This document shows positions 1 to 9,360 of a stretch of 64,000 nt of DNA, one piece after another. A model generated the notes under the pieces. The model saw only the letters and a program-made list of their open reading frames with translations, was not told the DNA's origin and ran no database searches. Origin of the DNA: Alphaproteobacteria bacterium (GTDB lineage Bacteria > Pseudomonadota > Alphaproteobacteria > Rs-D84 > SZUA-605); contig JAVBPW010000005.1 of the NCBI GenBank assembly GCA_031549385.1, forward strand, positions 32,001 through 96,000, in the 5' to 3' direction. Both the position numbers and the translations under genes were made by a program. Position 1 is the stretch's first letter. Every line of letters begins with the position of its first letter.

Positions 1-102
1 TTTTTCTCGGTTTATGGCAAGTTCTTCTATACCCTCGTTTTCATAGTAATGAGAAAGAGGTCCAAGGATTTTTTTTAAAACTATAAAATTATCGTTATTC
101 AT
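1..102 (-). CDS. 5' fragment of a VirB11/CpaF-like secretion ATPase (runs off window edge)
   Basis: Manual translation from ATG at 102: MNNDNFIVLKKILGPLSHYYENEGIEELAINREK, resembling the VirB11-family N-terminus (L.PL......V.EI.IN). Only 34 codons visible. Confidence 0.45.
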   Translation of the reverse strand, partial: MNNDNFIVLKKILGPLSHYYENEGIEELAINREK

Positions 103-225
103 TTTTTATTTGCAATTATTTCAAAATAGATTTGTAAAAAATCTTTTTTTTTGATATAATCTTTATGTCTCCTTTATACAAGAAAGGATACTCGAAATTT
201 GAATTAATTGCAAGGAAATTAAGTA

Positions 226-981
226 GTGGTTAAAATAGAAGACCTTAAAGCATTAGCAGGAGACTTTGGAATTGACGTTATGTCAGATTTCCTTGATACT
301 AACTTTTTAAAGGTTTTTTTAATTAATGAAAGTGATGAGTATTTTATTAAAAGAATTTTGATTAATTCACTATATTTGGAAAAAAAAGATTGCAATATTT
401 TTGTGTCTAATGAAATAGGGCAATTTATGGGGCAAAATGAATTTTGCTTTTATGCTGGTAAAATGTTGACTAAACATTTTCCTGGAGTTGATAAAATTAA
501 GTTCTTAGAAACTAACACTTCTTTGATGAGCAATTTTATTGAGGCTAAAGATAATATTGGTTTTATACCTTATTTTAAGAATCTTAAAAGTGCTTGGTGG
601 ATGAAGTTATTTTTAAATATTGAAAATCCACCGTCTATATTTGCTAAATTAATTGAAGGGGAATTAGTTTTTTATGGAGTTACTTCTGATATCATAAAAA
701 ATACAGGAGATGTTTCCGTTATTGTTGTTGAAGTATCACAAGCTGTACCTGTAGAATTTTTAAAAATGGCTTTAATAAGTGTTGATTTTAAAGTTAAAGA
801 GGTCGTTGATATTATGCCTACAAATGCTGGGAAGGTTTTATATCTTCTTGAAATTGATGGTGCTTATGATAATAAAGATCCTTTGATGGCTTTGAGTTTC
901 GATTTTGATGGTATATTATTTCAAGTGCTTAAAAAAGTCGGTGGATATCACAGCGAATATGGAGAAAAAGAAAATGAATAA
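226..981 (+). CDS. Divergent chorismate mutase/prephenate dehydratase-like protein or hypothetical protein
   Basis: 251 aa ORF; AWW...P.IFAKL and LYLLEIDG segments resemble the C-terminal part of alphaproteobacterial chorismate mutase-like proteins; weak similarity. Confidence 0.3.
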   Translation: MVKIEDLKALAGDFGIDVMSDFLDTNFLKVFLINESDEYFIKRILINSLYLEKKDCNIFVSNEIGQFMGQNEFCFYAGKMLTKHFPGVDKIKFLETNTSLMSNFIEAKDNIGFIPYFKNLKSAWWMKLFLNIENPPSIFAKLIEGELVFYGVTSDIIKNTGDVSVIVVEVSQAVPVEFLKMALISVDFKVKEVVDIMPTNAGKVLYLLEIDGAYDNKDPLMALSFDFDGILFQVLKKVGGYHSEYGEKENE

Positions 982-2224
982 AAGATTGCCTATTTATGTG
1001 CTTCCTAATGGAATTAGAGTTGTTGTTGATGTTTTAAAAAGTGTTGAAACTGTTTCTCTTGGTATGTTTATAAAAGCTGGGAGCAGAGATGATAAAATTG
1101 GCAAAAGTGGAACTGCTCATTTATTAGAACATATGATTTTTAAAGGTTGTAAAAATAAGCAAGGGCAAAATGTTATTAGAACATTAGAAGATGTTGGTGG
1201 ACAGGCTAATGCCTATACTACAAAAGAATTAACAGCATTTCATTTTAAGGTTTTAAAACAGGATTTTAATTTAGCTTTGAAGCTTTTAGCAAATATGCTT
1301 ATGGAGTCTAAATTTGAAGAAGTAGAATTTGAAAATGAAAAGAAAGTTATACTTCAAGAAATTGCTCAAGATAATGAGGATTTAGATTCATTATTCAATA
1401 ATTTGATGACTGAAATTGCCTATACTAATCAGGACTTAGGACGCCCAGTTTTGGGGACTTCTGATAGTGTTAAAAATATGAAAGTTAAAGATCTTTATGA
1501 TTTTATGAAAGATAATTATGCGTCAGATGAATGTGTTTTGTCTGTTAGTGGAAATGTAGATGAAAAGAAAATTTTAGACTTGATTTTAAAGTTGTTTTCT
1601 CCATGGCCATATAGGAAAAATAAGATTTCTAAAAAAGCAAAATATATTGGTGGAAAAAGAATAATAGAAAATAAGTTAGGAAATGGACAAGTTTATTTTT
1701 ATGCCTCTTATCCTGCACCTTCTTATGATAATATTAAGGAAGTTTATACTGCTAAACTTTTAAAAATTGCATTGACTGGTGGAATATTTGCTCGACTTTA
1801 TCAGGAACTTAGAGAAAAACGTGGGCTGGTTTATGGAATTAAATCTACATATATTAATTATACAGATAACGGAATATTTTCTATATTTTCATCTGTGGCA
1901 ACTGAGAAGTTTAATGAGTTCTTAAAGGTTCTTTTAAATGAATTAAAATTGTTTGGTAAAAATATTATGAAGGATGATGAGCTTAATAAAATAAAGGCTC
2001 AAATAAGAGCAGGAATTTCTTTCGAAATGGAAGGAACTTCTGCTAGAATTATGAGAAATGCATATCAAATAATATTTTATCATGATCTTTATCCTGTTAA
2101 AAATATTCTTGATTTGATTGATAGTATTACTGCTAAAGATATTGCAGCTATGGCAAAAAGAGTGTTTGATAATGGAGCTAAACCTACTATACTTGTGTAT
2201 GGTAATGTTGAAGTAAATATTTAA
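974..2224 (+). CDS. M16 family (pitrilysin/MPP-like) zinc peptidase
   Basis: HLLEH inverted zinc motif, NAYT, RLYQELREKRGLVY; likely start ATG 974 behind GGAG. Confidence 0.92.
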   Translation: MNKRLPIYVLPNGIRVVVDVLKSVETVSLGMFIKAGSRDDKIGKSGTAHLLEHMIFKGCKNKQGQNVIRTLEDVGGQANAYTTKELTAFHFKVLKQDFNLALKLLANMLMESKFEEVEFENEKKVILQEIAQDNEDLDSLFNNLMTEIAYTNQDLGRPVLGTSDSVKNMKVKDLYDFMKDNYASDECVLSVSGNVDEKKILDLILKLFSPWPYRKNKISKKAKYIGGKRIIENKLGNGQVYFYASYPAPSYDNIKEVYTAKLLKIALTGGIFARLYQELREKRGLVYGIKSTYINYTDNGIFSIFSSVATEKFNEFLKVLLNELKLFGKNIMKDDELNKIKAQIRAGISFEMEGTSARIMRNAYQIIFYHDLYPVKNILDLIDSITAKDIAAMAKRVFDNGAKPTILVYGNVEVNI

Positions 2225-2225
2225 A

Positions 2226-2705
2226 TTAGATTTTCTTTTGTTCTTCGTATTCTAAACAAACTGTTGGATTTGGTGTTGAAACTTCATTTGACCCTATTGC
2301 TTCTTTGCATTCTAGGATACCCATATTCATTACTCTGAATAAACCCTGAGCGCAGCATTTTTCACATCTTCCAGTATCTTTAGATGCTTTGTCATTGTAT
2401 ACCCAATATTCTCTATTTTCGTTTCTTGTTTTTTTAACACAATCTCTCATAGCATTCTTATCAGAAATGTTTTTTACATAAAACCCAGTTCCTGCTGCTA
2501 CAGCTCCTGTTGCTATAACTGTTCCTACGATTGCTACTGGATTTGCTCCTGTTTCAATATCACCTTTTTTTGTTTCATAATCATCGATTGTGAATGGAGC
2601 AGGGTATGTGTCTTGTTTCATATTTCTGAATGAATATGAATTTTGAGCATACGATGATGCCTGACACAATATAAAGATAGCTAAAAATAGTGCTAATTTC
2701 CTCAT
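2226..2705 (-). CDS. Secreted Cys-containing hypothetical protein
   Basis: Signal peptide (MRKLALFLAIFILCQASSYA), a hydrophobic Gly/Ala segment and several Cys. Confidence 0.6.
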   Translation of the reverse strand: MRKLALFLAIFILCQASSYAQNSYSFRNMKQDTYPAPFTIDDYETKKGDIETGANPVAIVGTVIATGAVAAGTGFYVKNISDKNAMRDCVKKTRNENREYWVYNDKASKDTGRCEKCCAQGLFRVMNMGILECKEAIGSNEVSTPNPTVCLEYEEQKKI

Positions 2706-2793
2706 GTATAGTATTGTATCATAAATTGAATAGAAATAAAATCTTTTTTATTCTTGCAAAATGAAAAAATATTCAATATATTATGTCAACGCT

Positions 2794-2883
2794 GGAAGGG
2801 TGGCAGAGCGGTTTAATGCACCGGTCTTGAAAACCGACGTAGGGGCAACTCTACCGTGAGTTCGAATCTCACCCCTTCCGCCA
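2794..2883 (+). tRNA. tRNA-Ser(TGA)
   Basis: GGAAGGG/CCCTTCC acceptor stem, anticodon loop CT-TGA-AA, long variable arm, TTCGAAT T-loop, encoded CCA. Confidence 0.97.
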
Positions 2884-2895
2884 GTATTATAAAAT

Positions 2896-2918
2896 GTCGC
2901 AGCTTTGCGGCTTTTTTT
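2896..2918 (+). terminator. Intrinsic terminator after tRNA-Ser, probably bidirectional
   Basis: GTCGCA-GCTT-TGCGGC hairpin followed by a T run. Confidence 0.7.
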
Positions 2919-3471
2919 ATTTAAACTTATGTTCACAATCAGGCATGTGGTCGTTGGTTAATCCTGCTGCTTGCATGAAAGCGTAACATATTGTTGTACC
3001 TATGAATTTAAAGCCTCTTTTTTTTAAATCTTTACTGATTTTGTCTGATATTTCTGTTCTTGTTGGAGTTTCGTTTATATTTTTGAAGTTATTGATTATT
3101 GGTTTATTGTCTACAAATGCCCAAATATATTTATCAAATGAGCCAAATTCTTTTTGAACTTTAATGAATGCCTCTGCATTTAGTTTTAGGGATGATAGTT
3201 TTAATCTGTTTCTTATTAGATTAGAATTTTGCATAAGTTCATTGACTTTTTTATCATCATATTTGACTATAGTTTTTGTGTCAAAATTATCAAAGGCTTT
3301 TTTCATAGATTCTCTTTTTGTTAATATTGTGCTCCAACTTAGACCTGCTTGCATGCCTTCTAATATTAACATTTCAAAAAGCTTTTTATCGTCATGTAAT
3401 GGCTTTCCCCATTCTTTATCGTGATAGATTATGTCTAATTCAGTTTTTGGCCAAGGGCAGCGTTTAGTCAT
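2917..3471 (-). CDS. tag: DNA-3-methyladenine glycosylase I
   Basis: RCPW, YHDKEWG, LEGMQAGLSW, NDH..DC motifs. Confidence 0.96.
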   Translation of the reverse strand: MTKRCPWPKTELDIIYHDKEWGKPLHDDKKLFEMLILEGMQAGLSWSTILTKRESMKKAFDNFDTKTIVKYDDKKVNELMQNSNLIRNRLKLSSLKLNAEAFIKVQKEFGSFDKYIWAFVDNKPIINNFKNINETPTRTEISDKISKDLKKRGFKFIGTTICYAFMQAAGLTNDHMPDCEHKFK

Positions 3472-3567
3472 GTTTTAATCTCCGTTTTATTTACATATAG
3501 TAACATATTAATTCTTTTTAAGATATTGAATTAATTTTTAATTAGAGCTAATATATTTGTATGAGAG

Positions 3568-3942
3568 GTGGGTATGGCTACAAAAAATGATTTGTTTGTT
3601 TATATAAGAGATAATTATGGCACTGAACCTGATTTTCCTTTTAAAGATGATATTGCTATTTTTCGTCAAAAAGGAAATAGAAAATGGTATGCTGCTGTAA
3701 TGTTTAAGTTAGATAAAAGGAAACTTGGAATTGATGTTGATGGTAAGTGTGATGTTGTCAATTTAAAATGTGATCCTGTTAAGTCCAGACCTTATCGTCA
3801 AATTAAAGGTATTCTTCCTGGATATCATATGAATAAACAACATTGGTTGACAGTTATGTTGGATGGGACTGTTAAATCTTCTGTATTGCAGGAACTTGTT
3901 GATGTAAGTTATCAATTAACTGCCCCTAAATTTAAAAAATAA
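3568..3942 (+). CDS. MmcQ/YjbR family DNA-binding protein
   Basis: NLKCDP and PGYHMNKQHW motifs. Confidence 0.92.
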   Translation: MGMATKNDLFVYIRDNYGTEPDFPFKDDIAIFRQKGNRKWYAAVMFKLDKRKLGIDVDGKCDVVNLKCDPVKSRPYRQIKGILPGYHMNKQHWLTVMLDGTVKSSVLQELVDVSYQLTAPKFKK

Positions 3943-4015
3943 AGGAATTTTCTATATTTTTATTGTTATAATAGAATGGTATGTTATCATTAAAAGAAAA
4001 ATATGAGGATATTGT

Positions 4016-5098
4016 ATGAAGAAAATTTGGATTTTATTAGTTGTTTTAATTATTGCAATAATTGTTGGAGTTTTTTTATTTAAACCAAAAACACAAAAAT
4101 CAGATAAACCTGTGGTTACTATTGGTGTTGGGTTACCTTTGACTGGAGATAGTGAAGAGTATGGAAATATTGCTAAACAGGCTATATTACTTTTTGAATC
4201 TGATTTAAAAAATATGGATAATTTAAAATATCAATATAAATTTGTTATAGAAGATGAAGATATAATGCAAATAAGAAAAATTATGTCTGCAACTAATAAA
4301 CTTATTACATATGATAAGGTTGACGCTATTATTTCTTATTGGAATAATCCTGGGATTCTTGTTTCTGAAATTTTAAAAGATAAAGATATATTACATGTTA
4401 GCTTTGGTAATGATGAAAAAATTTTAATATCTGAATATGATTTTACTTTTTACCCATACCCGCCTAAACAAATAGAAATGTTACTTTCAAGAATTAAAAG
4501 CCTTGGTCATAAAAAAGTTGCTGTTTTAGGGTGTAATAATGCTTGGTCAGAAATGGTTAGAAATCAAATAAGAAAACAATCTGCTGATTTTAAGTTAGAT
4601 ATTGTTAGTGAACAAGTTATTAATATTGGAGAAAGAGATTTTAAAACTGTGTTTGATAAAACCCAGGCTAAAAATCCTGATATATATATTTTAATGTTAG
4701 AAACACCAGAATTTGAAATTGCTAGAAAAAAGATGTTAGAGATGGGGATTAATGTTCCTATGACTGCAACTGATATGCCTGGATATACTGCAGAAAAAGA
4801 TTTGTTTGAAGGAGTTTGGTTTGTTGATATGGTTGATGGAGATAAAACGTTTGAAGAAAGATTTAAAGAACTTAGTAAAATGAGTAACCATTTTGGAGCT
4901 GCTAATATCTATGATATTGCATTTTTGATAGTTCAATCCTATGAAAAATCTGATGATAAAAAAGATGTTGCAAAGACTTTGTCTGAAATAAAAGAATTTT
5001 CAGGTAAATCTGGAAAAGTAAAACAACAAAAGAGATTTTTTGTTATTCCTTCTGAATATAAAAAAATAAAAAATGGAAAGGTTATTTCAGATAAATAG
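4016..5098 (+). CDS. Branched-chain amino acid ABC-type substrate-binding protein (LivJ/LivK-like), orphan
   Basis: N-terminal membrane anchor, IGVGLPLTG, DKVDAII, FSGKSG; no permease genes adjacent. Confidence 0.85.
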   Translation: MKKIWILLVVLIIAIIVGVFLFKPKTQKSDKPVVTIGVGLPLTGDSEEYGNIAKQAILLFESDLKNMDNLKYQYKFVIEDEDIMQIRKIMSATNKLITYDKVDAIISYWNNPGILVSEILKDKDILHVSFGNDEKILISEYDFTFYPYPPKQIEMLLSRIKSLGHKKVAVLGCNNAWSEMVRNQIRKQSADFKLDIVSEQVINIGERDFKTVFDKTQAKNPDIYILMLETPEFEIARKKMLEMGINVPMTATDMPGYTAEKDLFEGVWFVDMVDGDKTFEERFKELSKMSNHFGAANIYDIAFLIVQSYEKSDDKKDVAKTLSEIKEFSGKSGKVKQQKRFFVIPSEYKKIKNGKVISDK

Positions 5099-5165
5099 AT
5101 TTTGTTTTTGAAAATTTGATAAGTTTGTGCTATATATGGTTCGTATATAAAATAAGGAATCCAAA

Positions 5166-5963
5166 ATGAATGCACTTTTACACTATTTTAATTATAACAC
5201 TGTAACCAGTATTGTTGAGATTTTAATTATAATTGTTGTTACTTGGTTGTTTTATAATCGTTTTATTAAGGGAAAGAATTCTGCTAAATTTGTTAGGGGA
5301 ATTTTTGTTTTAGTCCTTTTGTGGTTCTTTAGTTTAGTATTGATAAGATTTAATTTCCTTATTCTTGGAACTTTTGTACGATATGGTGTTACATTCGTTT
5401 TATTTGGACTTGTTGTTATATTTCAACCAGAACTTCGTAAGTTTCTTGGAATGTTAGGACAAGCTAAATTCTTTTATTCATGGTTTTTGCCTAAATCAAA
5501 AAAAGGTGAAGATTATTTAAGTCATAGTTGTGATGAAATTATTAAAGCTGTTGAATATATGTCTTCAAAACAAATTGGTGGGTTGATATTGTTTAGAAGC
5601 GATATGTTGGGGACTATTGAAAACCCTGGAGTAGCTCTTAATGCTGATATATCTTCTGAATTGTTGCTTACTATATTTCATGATAAAACTCCGCTTCATG
5701 ATGGTTGTGTTATTATTAGTGGAAATAAAATTTTATCTGCTGGTGCTATTTTACCTTTGACTGAAAAAAATAAAATCAATTGGCAATATGGTACACGTCA
5801 CAGAGCTGCACTTGGAGCTAGTGAAGTTTTGGGTGTGAATGTTCTTGTGGTGTCTGAAGAAACTGGATGTGTTTCTGTTGCTTCAAAAGGAAATTTTAAG
5901 AAATATGACGACTTTAAAAAATTGAAATCTTCATTAAGAAATATTTTGGAAAAAACTGTATAG
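5166..5963 (+). CDS. cdaA: Diadenylate cyclase, CdaA/DacA type
   Basis: Three N-terminal TM helices, FQPELRK, TPLHDG, GTRHRAA, VSEETG. Confidence 0.93.
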   Translation: MNALLHYFNYNTVTSIVEILIIIVVTWLFYNRFIKGKNSAKFVRGIFVLVLLWFFSLVLIRFNFLILGTFVRYGVTFVLFGLVVIFQPELRKFLGMLGQAKFFYSWFLPKSKKGEDYLSHSCDEIIKAVEYMSSKQIGGLILFRSDMLGTIENPGVALNADISSELLLTIFHDKTPLHDGCVIISGNKILSAGAILPLTEKNKINWQYGTRHRAALGASEVLGVNVLVVSEETGCVSVASKGNFKKYDDFKKLKSSLRNILEKTV

Positions 5964-5972
5964 GAGTTTTAA

Positions 5973-6679
5973 ATGATAACAGCTGATATTGTTTTTAAAG
6001 ATTTGAAATCTCATAGTAATCCTGCTGAAGCTGAAAAATCTTTACGCTATTTTAAAGCAGGTAAGGGTGAATATGCTGAAGGGGATAAGTTTTTAGGAAT
6101 GCAACTTAAAGATGTTAATGATATTATAAAAAAATATGTAAAAGATATTTCATTGGCAGAAATTGAAAAACTTTTACAAAACCCTTGGCATGAAGCAAGA
6201 ACTACTGCAGTTTCTATGTTAGTAAAAAAATATGAAAAAGCAGATGAGAAAAAAAAGAAATTGTTAACCTTTATCTTAAAAATACAAAATATATTAATAA
6301 TTGGGATTTGGTTGATATTTCTTCCCCTAAAATTATTGGGCCTTATGTTTATGAAACTGGTAAGACTGATATATTATATAAGCTTGCCAAATCAAAACAT
6401 CTTTGGTCTGAGAGAATTTCTGTACTTGCTTGTCAGTATCTTATAAAACAAGGTGATTTTGATGATATTTTAAAATTAGCTGTCGATTTTATGTTGCATA
6501 AGCATGACTTAATGCATAAGGCTGTTGGTTGGATGTTACGTGAAGTTGGTAAAATGGATGAAAAAGTTTTGAAAGCTTTTTTAGATAAATATGCTTCGAA
6601 ATTACCACGAACAGCACTTCGTTATAGTTTGGAAAAATTAGATCCAAAAATACGCGAATATTATATGAAGAAAAAATAA
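5973..6679 (+). pseudogene. alkD: DNA alkylation repair protein (AlkD family), split by a single-base frameshift
   Basis: N-half (RYFKAGKGEYAEGDKFLG, PWHEAR) and C-half (YINNWDLVD, HDLMHKAVGWMLREVGK, PRTALRYSLE) lie in different frames; the switch is at the A8 run 6249-6256. Confidence 0.85.
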
Positions 6680-6750
6680 ATAGTTTTCTTGACTTTTCTT
6701 TGAACTCCTTTAAAATCTTGCTCTATAAATTGAGAAATAAGGAATTATAG

Positions 6751-9324
6751 ATGTTTAGATTTACTTCACTAAAAAACTTAGTATTTTTTTTATTTGCTTT
6801 GGTATCAATACCTGCTTTTGCTTACAATGGTGTAATTGATGGAACTAATTTATCAGTTGATAGAATTGTTTTAGAAAATTCTTCAACAGATTTAATATTT
6901 GAAGATGATACGGAAGTTACTGGATTTGATAGAAATGAAGGTGATGGTGGAGCTGTTTATGCTATTACTCTTTTTAATGTTGCAAATAATGTGAAATTTA
7001 ATTTGAACATTTCTGATGGAAATGGTGGTGCTGTTTATTCTGAACAATATCTTGTTATAGGAAATGAAGTTTTATTTGAAAGTAATGAGGCTGTTAATGG
7101 TGGTGCTTTGTATAATAAAGGTACTGTCACTATTGCTGAAAAGGCTTCTTTTAAAACTAATATAGCGAGTGGAGATGGTGGTGCGTTTTATAATGAAGCT
7201 GGAAGTATAACTTTTGGAACTGAGGCTTTATTCGAATCAAATGAAGCTGTTAATGGGGCAGGTGTTTATAATAAAGGTTCTGTAACTATTGCAGATAAGG
7301 CTAGTTTTAAAACAAACATAGCAACTGGTGATGGTGGAGCTATTTATAATTATGAAGGTGGTTCGATATCTATTGGAAAAGAATCTACATTTGATGGAAA
7401 TGAAGGTGTTAACGGTGGTGCTATTTATTCTAAAGGAAGACTTGATATAGATAGTTCAGGAACTTTTAAAAATAATATTGCTTCTGGAAATGGAGGAGCA
7501 ATTTATCTTGAAGGAACAAATTCATTTAGTTTGATGTCTGGAACTTTTGAAGCTAATGAAGCTGTAAATGGTGGCGCTTTCTATAATAATGGAGCGACTA
7601 CTTCTATTGGTAATGGAGTTCTTTTTAAAGGTAATATAGCTAGTGGTGATGGGGCTGCTATTTATAATGAAAGTGGGACTGTTACTATTTATTCTGGAAC
7701 ACAATTTGAAGGAAACCAAGCAAATGGTGGAGCTGGAAAAGGTGGTGCTATTTATACTAAAGGAACCGTGAATCTTTATGTTGGTATGGCTTCAATAAAA
7801 TTTATAACTGAAGATGATGATATATATGTTGATGGCGGAACACTTACTTCTGTTGGAACAGGAAGAATCGATGCTTCACTTGCTGACTTAACTGTAACAA
7901 ATTCTGGAACTTTAGATATTGGTGCTTCTAACTTTACTCTTGATACTGTTAATTTCTATGATAATACTACTTTGAAAGTTACTATTTCCAAAAGTGGTGG
8001 AAATGTAATTCATGGAACATTGACTGCTAATACTATTGCTGTTTCTGGTACTGGAACAAAATTACAATTTACGATTGATCGTTCTTCTTTAGAAAAATTT
8101 GTACCTTATGAACTTTCTGTTATTTCTGATGGGACTAATGATTTTAATGAAATAGCTACTAATGACAATAATTTGTATGAAATTGAAAAATTAGTTGATG
8201 GAAAATATAAAATAACTCGTAAAGATATCTCAACAGAACAACTTGTGCAAACTAATGGTGCTGATCAAAATATTTTAAATACTGCAAAGGCTTGGAATGA
8301 TGGTGCTGATTTTACTTTAGGTAGTAAGTCTGATGATGTAGCTGCTAAATTATATGCTCTTGCTCAAAGTGATGTTGATGCTTATATGGATGCTTTGGCT
8401 TTAATTTCACCTAATGCTGGCGCTATGGTTTATGAAATGACTACTGAAAAAATTAGCCAAATGTTTCGTATCACTTCGAATCGATTAGGGTCTTCATATG
8501 CTCAAGATAAAAAGTTTGGTGAACATTATGAAGGTTTCTGGATGGAAGGTATTTATAATCATGCTAAATACAATCAATCAAAGAATAATAAATTTGATAA
8601 TGATTCTGCAGGTTTTGTTTTGGGATACGATGGTGATGTAAACCACGATTTGAGAATGGGTGTTGCTTATTCTTATGTTGGTACTGATTCTGAAGCATTG
8701 CCCCGTGCAAGTAATATAAATTCTAATTCTTTCATGGTTTATGGACAATATACTATGTCTGATAATTGGTATATTGATGGAATATTAAGTTATGTTTATT
8801 CTACATTTGACGAAACAAAAGATGTGTTTGGAACTTTAGTAACTTCCGAATCTGATTTGGAAACTGTTGCTGCTCAAGTTTCTTCTGGTTATATATTTGA
8901 TTTAGGTTTTGTTAATTTAGTTCCTGAATTCGGACTTAGAACTGTTACTGTTTATCAAGGTGAATATAAAGATGCTTTAGGACAAGAAGTGAAAGGTAAT
9001 GTTTTTGGAACTGTTACTGGACTTGCTGATTTAAGTTTAAATAAAATTTATGAATTTTCTTCTGGTTATAAACTTAGATGGGAATTAAGATTTGGAGCTG
9101 GTTATGATCTTCTTGCTAGTGATGCCGAATATAAAATAGGATTGCCTAATGGTTCAGAATATGAAATTATGGCAGCTCATTTTGATGAATTAAGCTATGG
9201 AGTAGGGGCTAATGTAACTCTTTATACTTCCGGTAAACTTCGAATCACTTTTGGATATGATGGAAAAATGAGAAAAGATTATGAAAATCATATGGCTTCT
9301 GTAGTTTTAAGCTTCAAATTTTAA
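6751..9324 (+). CDS. Autotransporter with Pmp-like GGA(I/L/V/F)Y and FxxN repeats
   Basis: Signal peptide, about 10 GGAxY/FxxN repeat units, C-terminal beta-barrel ending in F. Confidence 0.9.
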   Translation: MFRFTSLKNLVFFLFALVSIPAFAYNGVIDGTNLSVDRIVLENSSTDLIFEDDTEVTGFDRNEGDGGAVYAITLFNVANNVKFNLNISDGNGGAVYSEQYLVIGNEVLFESNEAVNGGALYNKGTVTIAEKASFKTNIASGDGGAFYNEAGSITFGTEALFESNEAVNGAGVYNKGSVTIADKASFKTNIATGDGGAIYNYEGGSISIGKESTFDGNEGVNGGAIYSKGRLDIDSSGTFKNNIASGNGGAIYLEGTNSFSLMSGTFEANEAVNGGAFYNNGATTSIGNGVLFKGNIASGDGAAIYNESGTVTIYSGTQFEGNQANGGAGKGGAIYTKGTVNLYVGMASIKFITEDDDIYVDGGTLTSVGTGRIDASLADLTVTNSGTLDIGASNFTLDTVNFYDNTTLKVTISKSGGNVIHGTLTANTIAVSGTGTKLQFTIDRSSLEKFVPYELSVISDGTNDFNEIATNDNNLYEIEKLVDGKYKITRKDISTEQLVQTNGADQNILNTAKAWNDGADFTLGSKSDDVAAKLYALAQSDVDAYMDALALISPNAGAMVYEMTTEKISQMFRITSNRLGSSYAQDKKFGEHYEGFWMEGIYNHAKYNQSKNNKFDNDSAGFVLGYDGDVNHDLRMGVAYSYVGTDSEALPRASNINSNSFMVYGQYTMSDNWYIDGILSYVYSTFDETKDVFGTLVTSESDLETVAAQVSSGYIFDLGFVNLVPEFGLRTVTVYQGEYKDALGQEVKGNVFGTVTGLADLSLNKIYEFSSGYKLRWELRFGAGYDLLASDAEYKIGLPNGSEYEIMAAHFDELSYGVGANVTLYTSGKLRITFGYDGKMRKDYENHMASVVLSFKF

Positions 9325-9360
9325 TTTTAATTCTTGTTGTTTAGTTGAATTTGTGATATA

